From: Dehalococcoidia bacterium
GTDB lineage: Bacteria; Chloroflexota; Dehalococcoidia; UBA2979
DNA: 64,000 bases
Reading direction: 5' to 3'
NCBI GenBank assembly: GCA_965262725.1
Contig: OZ253555.1
Location: 2,528,001 to 2,592,000, forward strand
In this document: positions 37,411-46,919 of the stretch, one piece after another
How the letters are laid out: every line of letters starts with the position of its first letter
How positions within the stretch are numbered: the first letter of the stretch is position 1
Notes under the pieces: model-generated
Told to the model about the DNA's origin: nothing
Databases searched by the model: none
Seen by the model: only the letters and a program-made list of their open reading frames with translations
Program-made: the position numbers and the translations under genes

Positions 37411-39159
37411 ATGCAGATCCGACAGATCGACATTCGGCACTTTCGTGGGTTTGACTCGCTGCGCATTACGCCATCGGGCCACGTACTCCTTGTGGGTGAG
37501 CCCCGCGCAGGTCGGTCTGATGTCGTGGAGGCTCTGACTCGAGTCTTCGATCCCGACGCCACCCGAGCACCGCTCACCGAGGACTTGGACTTCTTTCGGC
37601 GGGGCACTGGGACCAGGGCGGAGGTCGAAGTCGTCATCGGCGATCTTGGGGTTGAGTTGGAGCAGCGATTCTTTGACCAGATCGAGTTTTGGGACGCCTC
37701 CCACGGGTCGCTGGTGCCTGCAGCAGGCCCGGGAGAAGTTGCACTCGAAGACTGGGAGCCAGTGGTTCGCCTCTGCTATCGAGCCGAGTGGCAACAGAGC
37801 GAACAGCTCGCCGATCACTGGGTCGACTTCCCAAAATTCTCCGATCCCGACGCGGATGACGTCCGCCGGATTCGGCGTGTCGATCACGCAGCGCTTCCCT
37901 TCCAGCGCGTGAATGCGTCGGGTCTCCCGCTGAGGCTCACATCCCGCTCGCCCTTTCGACGGATTGTGGCCCAGTCGGATGGCGACGACTTCCCGGAAGC
38001 ACTCGACCGGATGGTGGAGGAACTCCGCGGCGGTTCCGGAGAGTTCACTGCTAGTGCTCAAGTGCAGGCTGCTCTGAAGGCAGTCTTTCGCGATATTTCC
38101 CATCCGCTCCGGGTGCCCGACACACTGCCTGAAGATATGGTGAAGTTCATCCCTGACGGAGGGTCGCTTCCGTTTCTGCTCCGGTCCTTCAGCCCTACGG
38201 TCGATCTCGGCGACGAGGCAGGTCAACTTCCCATACAGCGGCACGGGTCGACGACCGAGGCTCTCATGGCAACGGGCGAAGCACTTGCCACTATGCACGG
38301 TGGGTCGGCCATCGTCGTAGTCGATGACTTCGGTGAGGGAATGGACGCGGCGTCCGCAAAGTTCGCTGCACAAGCTCTCCGAGCGGCGGCGCGGCAGGGG
38401 TGGGTGTCTACAAGAAGAGGATCAGTCGCGGAAGCATTCCGCCCCTCGGAGATGGTGCGTCTGGCCCGGACAACCGATTCGAAACGATCGTCCTTCCAGG
38501 GCAAAGAGCCCAGTAGCAGAGCGGAGCGACTCGCTGCGCGCCACCTGGCGTTACAGCTGCTACCCGCGATCGCGGCCCGCGCACTGATCGTGGTCGAGGG
38601 TCCCCATGATCACGCTGCATACCAAGCGCTCGCGACCCGGCTGTTCGAGGACGAGGGGATCCCTCCCCCAGGTGCACACGGTGTACACCTCATCCACGCG
38701 GCGGCTGCAGATTCGGCAGGGGGGTCGAGCGCGACGGCCCGACTTGCCAGAGCTGCGCAGGGCCTTGGGTTTCGGGTCGCAACTGTCATTGACCACGACG
38801 GCGATGGCCACCAAGCACAGGCTGAGCTGGAGGCGAATCTTGAGTCAGCCGACGCGGTTGTGCGCCTGCCGACGCGAGTTGCCGTGGAACGCGCTCTGGT
38901 GAAGGGGTTGGCCGCCGCCACGCTTCGGTCCGTCATCAGTGATCTGGATACCGCATTCGACCTGCAGATCGAGGTGGCTGGCACGGCGGACGCGGACTTG
39001 GAAGATTTGGCTGTCCGTACGCTGAAATCGCGCGGTGGATTCCACGCGCAGTTCGTCGAGGCACTTCCGCCGGGCTGCATTCCGGGAATCGCTCGTCGAG
39101 TGCTGGAGACAGGTTTGCGTTGCGCCCTGGGCGAAGAACAGGGTCATCAGCAACTGTGA
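37411..39159 (+). CDS. gajA: OLD-family ATPase-TOPRIM nuclease (GajA-like)
   Basis: HFRG N-terminus, degenerate Walker A GEPRAGRS, TOPRIM VVEGPHD and DHD; coupled to a UvrD helicase. Confidence 0.75.
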   Translation: MQIRQIDIRHFRGFDSLRITPSGHVLLVGEPRAGRSDVVEALTRVFDPDATRAPLTEDLDFFRRGTGTRAEVEVVIGDLGVELEQRFFDQIEFWDASHGSLVPAAGPGEVALEDWEPVVRLCYRAEWQQSEQLADHWVDFPKFSDPDADDVRRIRRVDHAALPFQRVNASGLPLRLTSRSPFRRIVAQSDGDDFPEALDRMVEELRGGSGEFTASAQVQAALKAVFRDISHPLRVPDTLPEDMVKFIPDGGSLPFLLRSFSPTVDLGDEAGQLPIQRHGSTTEALMATGEALATMHGGSAIVVVDDFGEGMDAASAKFAAQALRAAARQGWVSTRRGSVAEAFRPSEMVRLARTTDSKRSSFQGKEPSSRAERLAARHLALQLLPAIAARALIVVEGPHDHAAYQALATRLFEDEGIPPPGAHGVHLIHAAAADSAGGSSATARLARAAQGLGFRVATVIDHDGDGHQAQAELEANLESADAVVRLPTRVAVERALVKGLAAATLRSVISDLDTAFDLQIEVAGTADADLEDLAVRTLKSRGGFHAQFVEALPPGCIPGIARRVLETGLRCALGEEQGHQQL

Positions 39160-40796
39160 AGTTCGGTGATCTGTCGGACCAGCAACAGTCCGTGGTCACG
39201 GTGTCGGGTTCTACGACTCTCGTGCTCGGAGGTGCGGGAACCGGCAAGACCACAGCGGCCCTGTGGGTGGCGCGAACCGCCATCGAGCAAGGCGATGTTG
39301 GCCCCCACCAGAGGGTGTTGTTCCTGACCTTTTCGCGCACCGCGGTAAGCCAGATCGCCTCAAGATCGCTTGGTGTACTCGACGCGATCCGCGAGCGTGT
39401 CGAAGTGTCCACGTTTCATGCGTTCGGCCTGCGAATGCTGCAGGACTTTGGCCGATACACAGGCCTCGGCGCGGGGATACCGCGTGTGCAGTCTGTAGCT
39501 CGCGAACGACTGCTTGGGCGAGACCCCGCGTCTACTACCTACGACGAACTGGTACCGGCGGCGATTCGCATTCTCGGGGCGCCCCGAGTTGGGCCCCTCA
39601 TCGAGCGGCGCTGGCCGTTGGTCATCTGCGACGAATTCCAAGACACGAGCCCTGAGCAATGGGAGCTGCTCCGCCAGCTCTCACGGCACGCCCGGATGGT
39701 TCTTCTCGCCGACCCCAACCAGATGATCTACACCTTTGTACCCGGTGTAAGCCCGGAGCGACTGCAAACAGCACGAGCGCACGCCGACGTAGTGACCACA
39801 CTGCAGCCGAGTTCATTTCGAGATCCGAGTGGGTGCATCCCAGTGATGGCTGGAGCGATTCGAGAGCGGCGATTCTCATCCCAGGAAGTGCGTCACGCTG
39901 TGGCCGAAGGGCGCCTGACCGTGCACGCGGGCGTTACCGACGAAGCGGTAGTCGCAGTCATCAGGGCGGAGTTACAGGTCGCGAGAGAGACGGCCCTCCG
40001 CTCCGTAGGGATCTTTGCTCACTCGAACGAAGGCGTTGCGCAGCTTGGCGCAAGTCTTGCTGACGACGGAATAGAACATGCGCTTGTCGGCATCCCCGAG
40101 GCGCAGGGAGAGGCTCTGGCTACGCTCGCCGCGCTTTGTGGGTACGGCGCAGGCCTTGTTGACGAAGAGGGCGTCGGACAGGCGCTGGGAACGTTTCTTA
40201 CCGCCTGCACGCGTGGTGCCCCACCGGGTCTAGCGAAAGGCATGGCGTTTGGGAGCCCACTACTTCCCAGTGGGCTCCTCGTTCGCCTCCAGACTCTGAA
40301 GGAGGCACTCCTCCAAGCCTCACAAGAGAACCTCGATCGCCTAGTGGCCACTGCATGTGGTGCCTGGGACCAACTTGGCATTATTGGTGGCAGCCGCCCC
40401 TGGCGGCTGGCCGCAATCCGTTTCGCCGCATCCGCTCGACGTCTGACTCAACGTGACCGCCCGCTGCAGGAGTCGGTACTGCAACTGATTCAACAGGCCG
40501 AGCGTGACCGCGCGTCAGTCCTGGTTGGGAACGACTTCGTCGACCATCACCCGGTGCAGATCATGAACTTCCACCAGACAAAGGGAAGGGAGGTCGACCA
40601 GGTCATCCTTCTCTACCGCTCAGGTGACTACCTAGCGGACCGCCGTGCAACTGAGCCGTTTGCCGATGCATCACGTGTCCTCTATGTGGCACTCACTCGC
40701 GCTCGGCAGCGGGTCGTCGTCATGCTGCCCAGCGATCCACATCCGCTGATCGCGCCTTTCGGCCAACTTCTAGATCCGCCACACTGGTCGTCGTGA
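39156..40796 (+). CDS. gajB: UvrD-like helicase (GajB-like)
   Basis: GGAGTGKT, STFHAF, DEFQD, DPNQMIY, HQTKGRE, LYVALTRAR; GTGA overlap with gajA. Confidence 0.8.
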   Translation: MKFGDLSDQQQSVVTVSGSTTLVLGGAGTGKTTAALWVARTAIEQGDVGPHQRVLFLTFSRTAVSQIASRSLGVLDAIRERVEVSTFHAFGLRMLQDFGRYTGLGAGIPRVQSVARERLLGRDPASTTYDELVPAAIRILGAPRVGPLIERRWPLVICDEFQDTSPEQWELLRQLSRHARMVLLADPNQMIYTFVPGVSPERLQTARAHADVVTTLQPSSFRDPSGCIPVMAGAIRERRFSSQEVRHAVAEGRLTVHAGVTDEAVVAVIRAELQVARETALRSVGIFAHSNEGVAQLGASLADDGIEHALVGIPEAQGEALATLAALCGYGAGLVDEEGVGQALGTFLTACTRGAPPGLAKGMAFGSPLLPSGLLVRLQTLKEALLQASQENLDRLVATACGAWDQLGIIGGSRPWRLAAIRFAASARRLTQRDRPLQESVLQLIQQAERDRASVLVGNDFVDHHPVQIMNFHQTKGREVDQVILLYRSGDYLADRRATEPFADASRVLYVALTRARQRVVVMLPSDPHPLIAPFGQLLDPPHWSS

Positions 40797-41200
40797 TGGC
40801 GCAGACGCCGTGCCTCGTTCGTGGCACGACCCCCAGTCCATGAATCTGAGGCCCCAGTGACACCCCGCATCCGCCTCCCCGAACGATGCCTCGATGCCGG
40901 AGCGCCCCTCCCCCATGCCGAATGTAGCGATCGAGCGCGGAGTCCCGCTCGGCGACTCATCAACCGCTAGACCTGGCGTGCGAGCTACCCGACTCGCACG
41001 ACCTACGCCCTCCTGCGGCCCCTGGTGCGCCACGATGTGACCAGACTAAGATCACGCGCCTAACTCGCTGGCCAGCAATGGCGAGCGCCAAGACCTCCGA
41101 GAGGAAAGGAGCCGGGTTGTGGCCGGACACCGCGGACTGATTGCCGAGCTCAACCGGCAGACTAAGCAGGACGCCAGGCGGCGGGAGCAGAGGCAGCGGC

Positions 41201-42388
41201 ATGCAGCGTGAAGAGGCAGCCGCGCAACGGAAAGCAGAGCAAGCGGTGAGGGCGGAGCAGCGGGCCAGGGCCCAAGCGGAAAGGGCGCGCGCTGCCGAGC
41301 AGAGGCATACTGACCAGGAGGCCAAGCGTCTCCACATTGAGTCGATGGAGGCCGAGGTGTCTGCCCGGAACGCAGCACTTGCGGCCACCTATGGCGAGAT
41401 CGACAGCATCCTCGCCCACACGCTGGAGGTCGACGACTACGTCGACCTCGAAACGTTGCGCCGGGTTGCGGAGCACCCGCCGTTCGAGCCGGGGCAGTTA
41501 GCCACTCCCAATTCGCGGCCTGACCCCATCAAGCCGCCGCTTCGTCCCAAATTCGTCGCACCAACTGGCAAACCGAAGAAGTTCTCTCTGGTGCCCGGTG
41601 CCAAGAAGAGGTATGCCGCGTTGCTGGCACAGGCACAGGCCGACCATGACGAAGCCGTCCGTGCTTGGGAGTCGGAGGTCGCGAGTGTCCCCACGCGGCA
41701 AGAGGAAAAGGACCGTGCGTATGAGGCTGCGGAGAATCTCCGTGTGCAGCAACTCGAGGCCGCGAAAGCAAACCACGACACGGAGTGCGAGCAGCGCGAG
41801 GCCGAGGTCGCTGAAGCGAATCGCGCTCTCGACGAACTCATCACGAACCTCGCGTACGGCGTCGAGGATGCCGTACAGGAGTATGTATCGATCGTCTTGG
41901 GGAACTCCGTGTACCGCGACTCGTTCCCTGTAGCGCACGAGTTCGCCTTCGACTCGACGCAGGGTGAGTTGACACTGAAGGCCACTGTACCCGCGCCCTC
42001 CTCGATGCCAAGCATCCGCCAATACAAGTACATCAAGGCACGCGATGAAATCACGGAGACCGCGCTGTCCCAGAAGGAACAGAGGGAGCGCTACGCAAAC
42101 GCGGTGGCCCAAGTCGCCGTCAGGACGCTGCATGAGATATTCGAGGCTGACCGGACGGGCCGCATTCAGACGATCTCGCTCACGGTTGCAACCCAGACGA
42201 TCGACCCTGGCACGGGCCACATGACCGACATTCCATTCGTTGCGGTCGCGTCGGACCGTGCGACCTTCGAGTCCCTCGAGCTCACGAACGTCGTGCCAGC
42301 CGCTACTCTTGCACACCTAAAGGCCGCTGTGTCGAAGAACCCGTTCGCGTTAGTGGCGATTGACCTGTCCAAGGGCGTCCGGGGCTAA
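41201..42388 (+). CDS. Coiled-coil protein resembling the N-terminal region of long Mrr-type restriction proteins, no nuclease domain
   Basis: Ala/Glu/Arg coiled coil, YANAVAQVAVRTLHEIFEAD, DPGTG, TLAHLKAAVSKNP; likely frameshifted N-terminus (GLIAELNRQ at about 41135 in another frame). Confidence 0.6.
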   Translation: MQREEAAAQRKAEQAVRAEQRARAQAERARAAEQRHTDQEAKRLHIESMEAEVSARNAALAATYGEIDSILAHTLEVDDYVDLETLRRVAEHPPFEPGQLATPNSRPDPIKPPLRPKFVAPTGKPKKFSLVPGAKKRYAALLAQAQADHDEAVRAWESEVASVPTRQEEKDRAYEAAENLRVQQLEAAKANHDTECEQREAEVAEANRALDELITNLAYGVEDAVQEYVSIVLGNSVYRDSFPVAHEFAFDSTQGELTLKATVPAPSSMPSIRQYKYIKARDEITETALSQKEQRERYANAVAQVAVRTLHEIFEADRTGRIQTISLTVATQTIDPGTGHMTDIPFVAVASDRATFESLELTNVVPAATLAHLKAAVSKNPFALVAIDLSKGVRG

Positions 42389-42395
42389 CTCGGAC

Positions 42396-43790
42396 ATGAG
42401 CGACCGCGTGTTCAACCCTCCCCCCAACTGGCCGAAACCGCCAGACGGGTGGATCCCGCCAACCGGGTGGAGGCCCGATTCGTCATGGCCTCCACCGCCA
42501 GACGGGTGGGAACTCTGGATCGCGCCCAACACCGACACAACCGATGTGGCCGAAGACCCGCCAGGCGCCACCGGTCCGCCTCCTTGGCCCGCGGCTCTTA
42601 CGCCACCATCGGGGTCTCCAAGCGCATCGCATCCTGGCAACGACCAACACGATGCCGAGGCGCTCGCTGAAGAGGTACGCCTGCTACAAGCCGAGGTGGA
42701 GTCGCTCCGGGGTCGCGACACCCGAGGCGGTGACGCGCTCGTCGACCTTGACGACGAGCGCGTCCTCCAAGAGGTCGGTATCTACAACTACCACCACCCC
42801 CTAGAGAATGCCGAGCAGTACCGGTCCAAGCTCGGTGCCATCAATCAGAGAATCAAGGAAATGGTGAAGGCCGGGGACGCGATTCTCGCCTCGGACATGT
42901 TCACGTACAACAACTCGCTGGCTAAGGGCCGCAAGATGACCGCCGACTTCTCGAAGCTGATGCTGCGGGCCTACAACGCCGAAGCCGACAACTGCGTCCG
43001 CGCGCTGCGGGCTGGCAACATTGCCACCGCCAAGAAGCGGCTGGAGGGGGCGGTGCAGGCTATCGCCAAGCTCGGGGCGATGATGGAGATGCGCGTGAAC
43101 CCTAGCTACCACGAACTCCGATTCGAGGAGTTGGAGTTGACATCGGACTACCTCATGAAGAAGCAGGAAGAGAAGGAGGCCGCGCGGGAGGAGCGCGAGC
43201 GGCTTCGCGAGGAGAGGCGGGCGGAGCAGGAACTAGCCGCTGAGCGTGAGCGACTCGACAAGGAGCGTTCCCACTACCTCGCGGCGCTCGAGGCGCTTCG
43301 TGCCAATGCCGACGAGACGGCAGTTGCCGAGATGGAGCAACGGCTCCGGAATGTCGACGAATCGATCGCACAGAATGACGATCGCGTCGCGAACATCCGT
43401 GCTGGCTACGTCTACGTGATCAGCAATCCCGGCTCGTTCGGGAAACGGATGGTCAAGATCGGGATGACACGTCGACTTGAACCAATGGATCGTGTCCGTG
43501 AACTCGGCGATGCCTCGGTGCCCTTCCCGTTCGACGTGCACGCGCTGTTCTTCGCCGACGACGCGGTCGCTGTCGAGCAAGAGCTGCACGACGCATTTGC
43601 GGAGGCGAGAGTCAACCGCGTGAACACGCGCCGCGAGTTCTTTTTCGCAACCCCCCTCGAGGTCCGCGACGTACTGACGGAGAAACTCGGCGCGCTTCTC
43701 GAATTCACCGAACAACCCGAAGCCACACAGTACCTCCAGAGCCGCAAGTACTGGCCCACGGACCCACCGGCCACTAGTCCGCCTCACTGA
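42396..43790 (+). CDS. DUF4041 + GIY-YIG (T5orf172/MUG113) nuclease, PD-lambda-1/SNIPE-like
   Basis: KLMLRAYNAEADN (DUF4041), AGYVYVISN.GSFG..MVKIGMTRRLEPMDRV.ELGDASVPFPFDVH, RREFF; Pro/Trp-rich N-terminus. Confidence 0.85.
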   Translation: MSDRVFNPPPNWPKPPDGWIPPTGWRPDSSWPPPPDGWELWIAPNTDTTDVAEDPPGATGPPPWPAALTPPSGSPSASHPGNDQHDAEALAEEVRLLQAEVESLRGRDTRGGDALVDLDDERVLQEVGIYNYHHPLENAEQYRSKLGAINQRIKEMVKAGDAILASDMFTYNNSLAKGRKMTADFSKLMLRAYNAEADNCVRALRAGNIATAKKRLEGAVQAIAKLGAMMEMRVNPSYHELRFEELELTSDYLMKKQEEKEAAREERERLREERRAEQELAAERERLDKERSHYLAALEALRANADETAVAEMEQRLRNVDESIAQNDDRVANIRAGYVYVISNPGSFGKRMVKIGMTRRLEPMDRVRELGDASVPFPFDVHALFFADDAVAVEQELHDAFAEARVNRVNTRREFFFATPLEVRDVLTEKLGALLEFTEQPEATQYLQSRKYWPTDPPATSPPH

Positions 43791-43909
43791 TCGAGTCTCC
43801 GGCGCTAGACGTACGCTGAGGCGCGAGATAGGCGGTAGCGGCCGCCCTTGCGGCTCGGGCCGCTTCTCGCCAAAGGTTGTCGGACTCGGGTGCCAGGAAG
43901 GTTCCGTCC

Positions 43910-45133
43910 ATGCCGCCGGCCGTTCTCGCGTGGCTCGACTATTCCGAGGCTGACCAGCGTCGGGCCCGGGAGATCATCGCGATATTCTCGCAGCGGGAGA
44001 GTCGCGACGAGCTGGGGCTCGGCGGGATTCGGGACGCGCTGAGCGACACGCTCTTCCCGGGCATCTCCGTGCTGCTCACGCGCGCCCGGTATCTCCTCTT
44101 CGTGCCCTGGCTCTTCCGCGAGGGGGCGAGCCGCGGCTACCGTGGCCCGCAACTCGCGTCGTGGGTCGACGGGCAGGAACGGCGTCTCATCGGCGCGCTC
44201 CGCACGGGCGGCGATCTCGGAGGGCTGATCGGCCGCAACGTGGGCCCTGCCGTCCGGATCCTTCCCTCCACGATCTATTGGCCCAGCCTCCGGCGCTTCG
44301 GGATCCTGCGGCACGAGGGGACGGTGGCCCAGGTCGCGGGTCTTCGCCAGATCTCGCGCACGCCGGACGATGCGACCGAGTTCCTCGAACGCTCCGATGC
44401 GGTTTGGGCTCCCTCGATTCCCGCGCCCCCGAGCGACTTCTCCGGCATGACTCGCTGCAACTTTGCGCTCACGCACGACGAGGCGACGTGGCTTGCCGAG
44501 AGGATCGTCGCGGCCGTACCCGGAACCCTGCTCGAATTCCTGGTGGCCGGGGGGCACCGTCCCTCGGCTGTCGCCGACTACGCCTGGGAGGATCCCTCGG
44601 CCCATGCGGCGACCGGGCCAGTCCGCGCCGCGCTCGACGAGACGCGCCGCTTCGCCGTCGCGATGCACGGAGCCCAGCTCCTCTACAACGTGCTCCTAGC
44701 CGAACGCGCCGAGGAGATCGGTCTCTCCGAGTCCGGCGGCCGCCGCGAGGTGTACACCTCCCGGATGGACGAGTGGCTCCGCGAGGTGGAAGCGAGCGAC
44801 ATCGGAGACTGGGACCTGGACGGGCTGTGGATGCTGGTCGCGGAGCAGGGGAGGCCGGCCCCGCCGCGGACGCGCGCCTTCGTGACGGAGTGGGTCGCCC
44901 TGGCGCAGGGTCGGAGCGGCCACGGGCTCGCGGGCGATCCACATGCGCGGGAGCTGGTTCGGAGCCGCGAGCTCCATCAGAAGGGCGGCCAGGCGCGGCT
45001 CCGCAACGACCGACTGATGCGGCAATGGGGCGGCGCCTCCGGATCCGGCCGCCTCAACTTCCGCTGGCCCGCCGTCGTGGTCCTTCTCGGCGACATCGCC
45101 GACGGGCGGGAGCGTGGCCATGCTCGCCCCTGA
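43910..45133 (+). CDS. zacA: DUF6361-like protein (Azaca ZacA-like)
   Basis: LAWLDYS, RDELGLGGIRDALSDTLFPGISVLLTRARYLLFVPW, GLIG, PSTIYW, E..QKG..ARL, LNFRW. Confidence 0.7.
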   Translation: MPPAVLAWLDYSEADQRRAREIIAIFSQRESRDELGLGGIRDALSDTLFPGISVLLTRARYLLFVPWLFREGASRGYRGPQLASWVDGQERRLIGALRTGGDLGGLIGRNVGPAVRILPSTIYWPSLRRFGILRHEGTVAQVAGLRQISRTPDDATEFLERSDAVWAPSIPAPPSDFSGMTRCNFALTHDEATWLAERIVAAVPGTLLEFLVAGGHRPSAVADYAWEDPSAHAATGPVRAALDETRRFAVAMHGAQLLYNVLLAERAEEIGLSESGGRREVYTSRMDEWLREVEASDIGDWDLDGLWMLVAEQGRPAPPRTRAFVTEWVALAQGRSGHGLAGDPHARELVRSRELHQKGGQARLRNDRLMRQWGGASGSGRLNFRWPAVVVLLGDIADGRERGHARP

Positions 45134-46919
45134 CAGCCGCGCGCTACTACTCGACGCGCTGAGGCCGCCCCCGGGTCACTCCCTCGATCACGCCGTCGCG
45201 ACCACCTTCACGCTCGATCTCGAGACGGCCCTCATGGTCCCACTCGCCTTCGCGGGCTTCCGATTCGATGAGCAGACGGATCCCATCGAGATCATGGAAG
45301 CCCTGCGCGGGATGGGCGAACGGCTCGACATCTTCTGCCAGGCCGGCGCGATCGGCGCGGGAAGATGGCCCTCCGATCTCGTGGCGCTGCTCGAAGACGC
45401 CATCCACCAGGTGAGCCCCTCCCGGCCGGGCCACATCTTCCACCCGAAGGTCTGGGTGCTGAGGCTCCTCGATCGGGACCAGGCGCTCTCGTACCGCCTC
45501 CTCGTGCTCTCCCGGAACCTCACCGACGACCGCAGCTGGGACACGATCCTCTGGCTGGACGGACGGCCCGAGGAGCGGCCCGTCGCGAGCAGCGAGCCGC
45601 TCGCGCGGTTCGTCTCGGCGCTGCCGGAGCTCGCCGTCACACGGTTGCCGGCCGACCGCCGGGCGACCCTGACCGCGCTCGCCGACGAGCTGGGGCGCGT
45701 CCGGTGGGACCTCCCGGCCGGCGTGCGGGAGATCCGCTTTCACCCCATCGGACTGCCGGGTGTGCCACCGTTCGCTGCCGACGAGCATTTCGACGGCTAT
45801 CGCACGCTCGCGATCTCACCATTCGTTCGGGCCGGTGCGATTCGCCGTCTCCTTCGACCAGAGGCGGGGCCGGCCGTGCTCGTCTCGCGCGGCGAGGAGC
45901 TCGATGCGCTTCCCGGGGGCGCTCTCGAGGGCCTGGACGTCTACGAACTCGATCCGGCCGCGAGTCTCTCCGGGGACGACGTCGAGGGGGAATCGGGGCC
46001 GGCCCGCCTCACACGTCTGCACGCGAAGCTCTTCGCGGTCGAGCGGGACCGGCAAGCGCACCTCTTCGTCGGATCGGCCAACGCGACGGACGCGGGTCTC
46101 GGCGGCAACGTCGAGTTCCTCTGCGAGCTCATCGGCTCCGTCGCGAGGCTCGGGGTCGACGCGCTCGTCGGCGACGAGGCGCCGCTCCGCGGCATGCTGA
46201 CGCCGTACGTCGCCTCCGAGGCGCGGCCCCCCGACGAAGCCGTCGCGGCGGGCCGCGCGCTCGAGGACCTGTTGCGCACCATCGCGGCGCAGCTCCGCTT
46301 CCGCACGAGCGTCACGAGAGGAGGGGGCGGATGGGTCGCACGCGTCACGGCCGACGGCGTGCTGCCGCGCATTCCCGAGGGCGCGCAGGTGACGCTCGCT
46401 CCCCACAACCGGCCGACCGAGACCCACGCTCTCACTCCCGCGGAGCCCATCGACGTGGAACTGCCGCCCCGTGAGCTCGCGGACATCACTCCGTTCCTGC
46501 GGCTCACGGGGCGCCGGACGGTCGGGCGGACGATGCTGGAGCGCTCGGCCGTCGTCCTGGCGCGGCTCGACGGTGCGCCGGACGACCGCCTCCAGGAGAT
46601 CCTGGCGCGGCAGATCGACACGCCGGAGAAGTTCCTGCGGCTGCTCGCCCTGCTGATCGGCTTCGCCGCGGGAAGGGGCGGCGCCGGTACCGTGACGGGC
46701 GATGGGGCGGCTGGCTGGTCGGGCGGCGCCGGGCAGGGCGTCCTGGAGCTGCTCGCGCGCGCCCTCTCGGAGAGGCCCGAGTCCATCGATCACCTGGAGG
46801 CGATCGTCGAGCACCTCCGTCGGTCGCCGAGCGGGAGGGAGGTCCTCCCTCCGGGCTGGGACGAGGTGTGGCTTCCGGCGCTCGAGGCGCGGCGCGCGAT
46901 GCGAGCTGACGACTCGTGA
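45120..46919 (+). CDS. zacB: Phospholipase D-family nuclease (Azaca ZacB-like)
   Basis: ATTFTLDL, FHPKVW...SRNLT and LHAKLF...GSANAT HxK motifs. Confidence 0.72.
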   Translation: MLAPDSRALLLDALRPPPGHSLDHAVATTFTLDLETALMVPLAFAGFRFDEQTDPIEIMEALRGMGERLDIFCQAGAIGAGRWPSDLVALLEDAIHQVSPSRPGHIFHPKVWVLRLLDRDQALSYRLLVLSRNLTDDRSWDTILWLDGRPEERPVASSEPLARFVSALPELAVTRLPADRRATLTALADELGRVRWDLPAGVREIRFHPIGLPGVPPFAADEHFDGYRTLAISPFVRAGAIRRLLRPEAGPAVLVSRGEELDALPGGALEGLDVYELDPAASLSGDDVEGESGPARLTRLHAKLFAVERDRQAHLFVGSANATDAGLGGNVEFLCELIGSVARLGVDALVGDEAPLRGMLTPYVASEARPPDEAVAAGRALEDLLRTIAAQLRFRTSVTRGGGGWVARVTADGVLPRIPEGAQVTLAPHNRPTETHALTPAEPIDVELPPRELADITPFLRLTGRRTVGRTMLERSAVVLARLDGAPDDRLQEILARQIDTPEKFLRLLALLIGFAAGRGGAGTVTGDGAAGWSGGAGQGVLELLARALSERPESIDHLEAIVEHLRRSPSGREVLPPGWDEVWLPALEARRAMRADDS

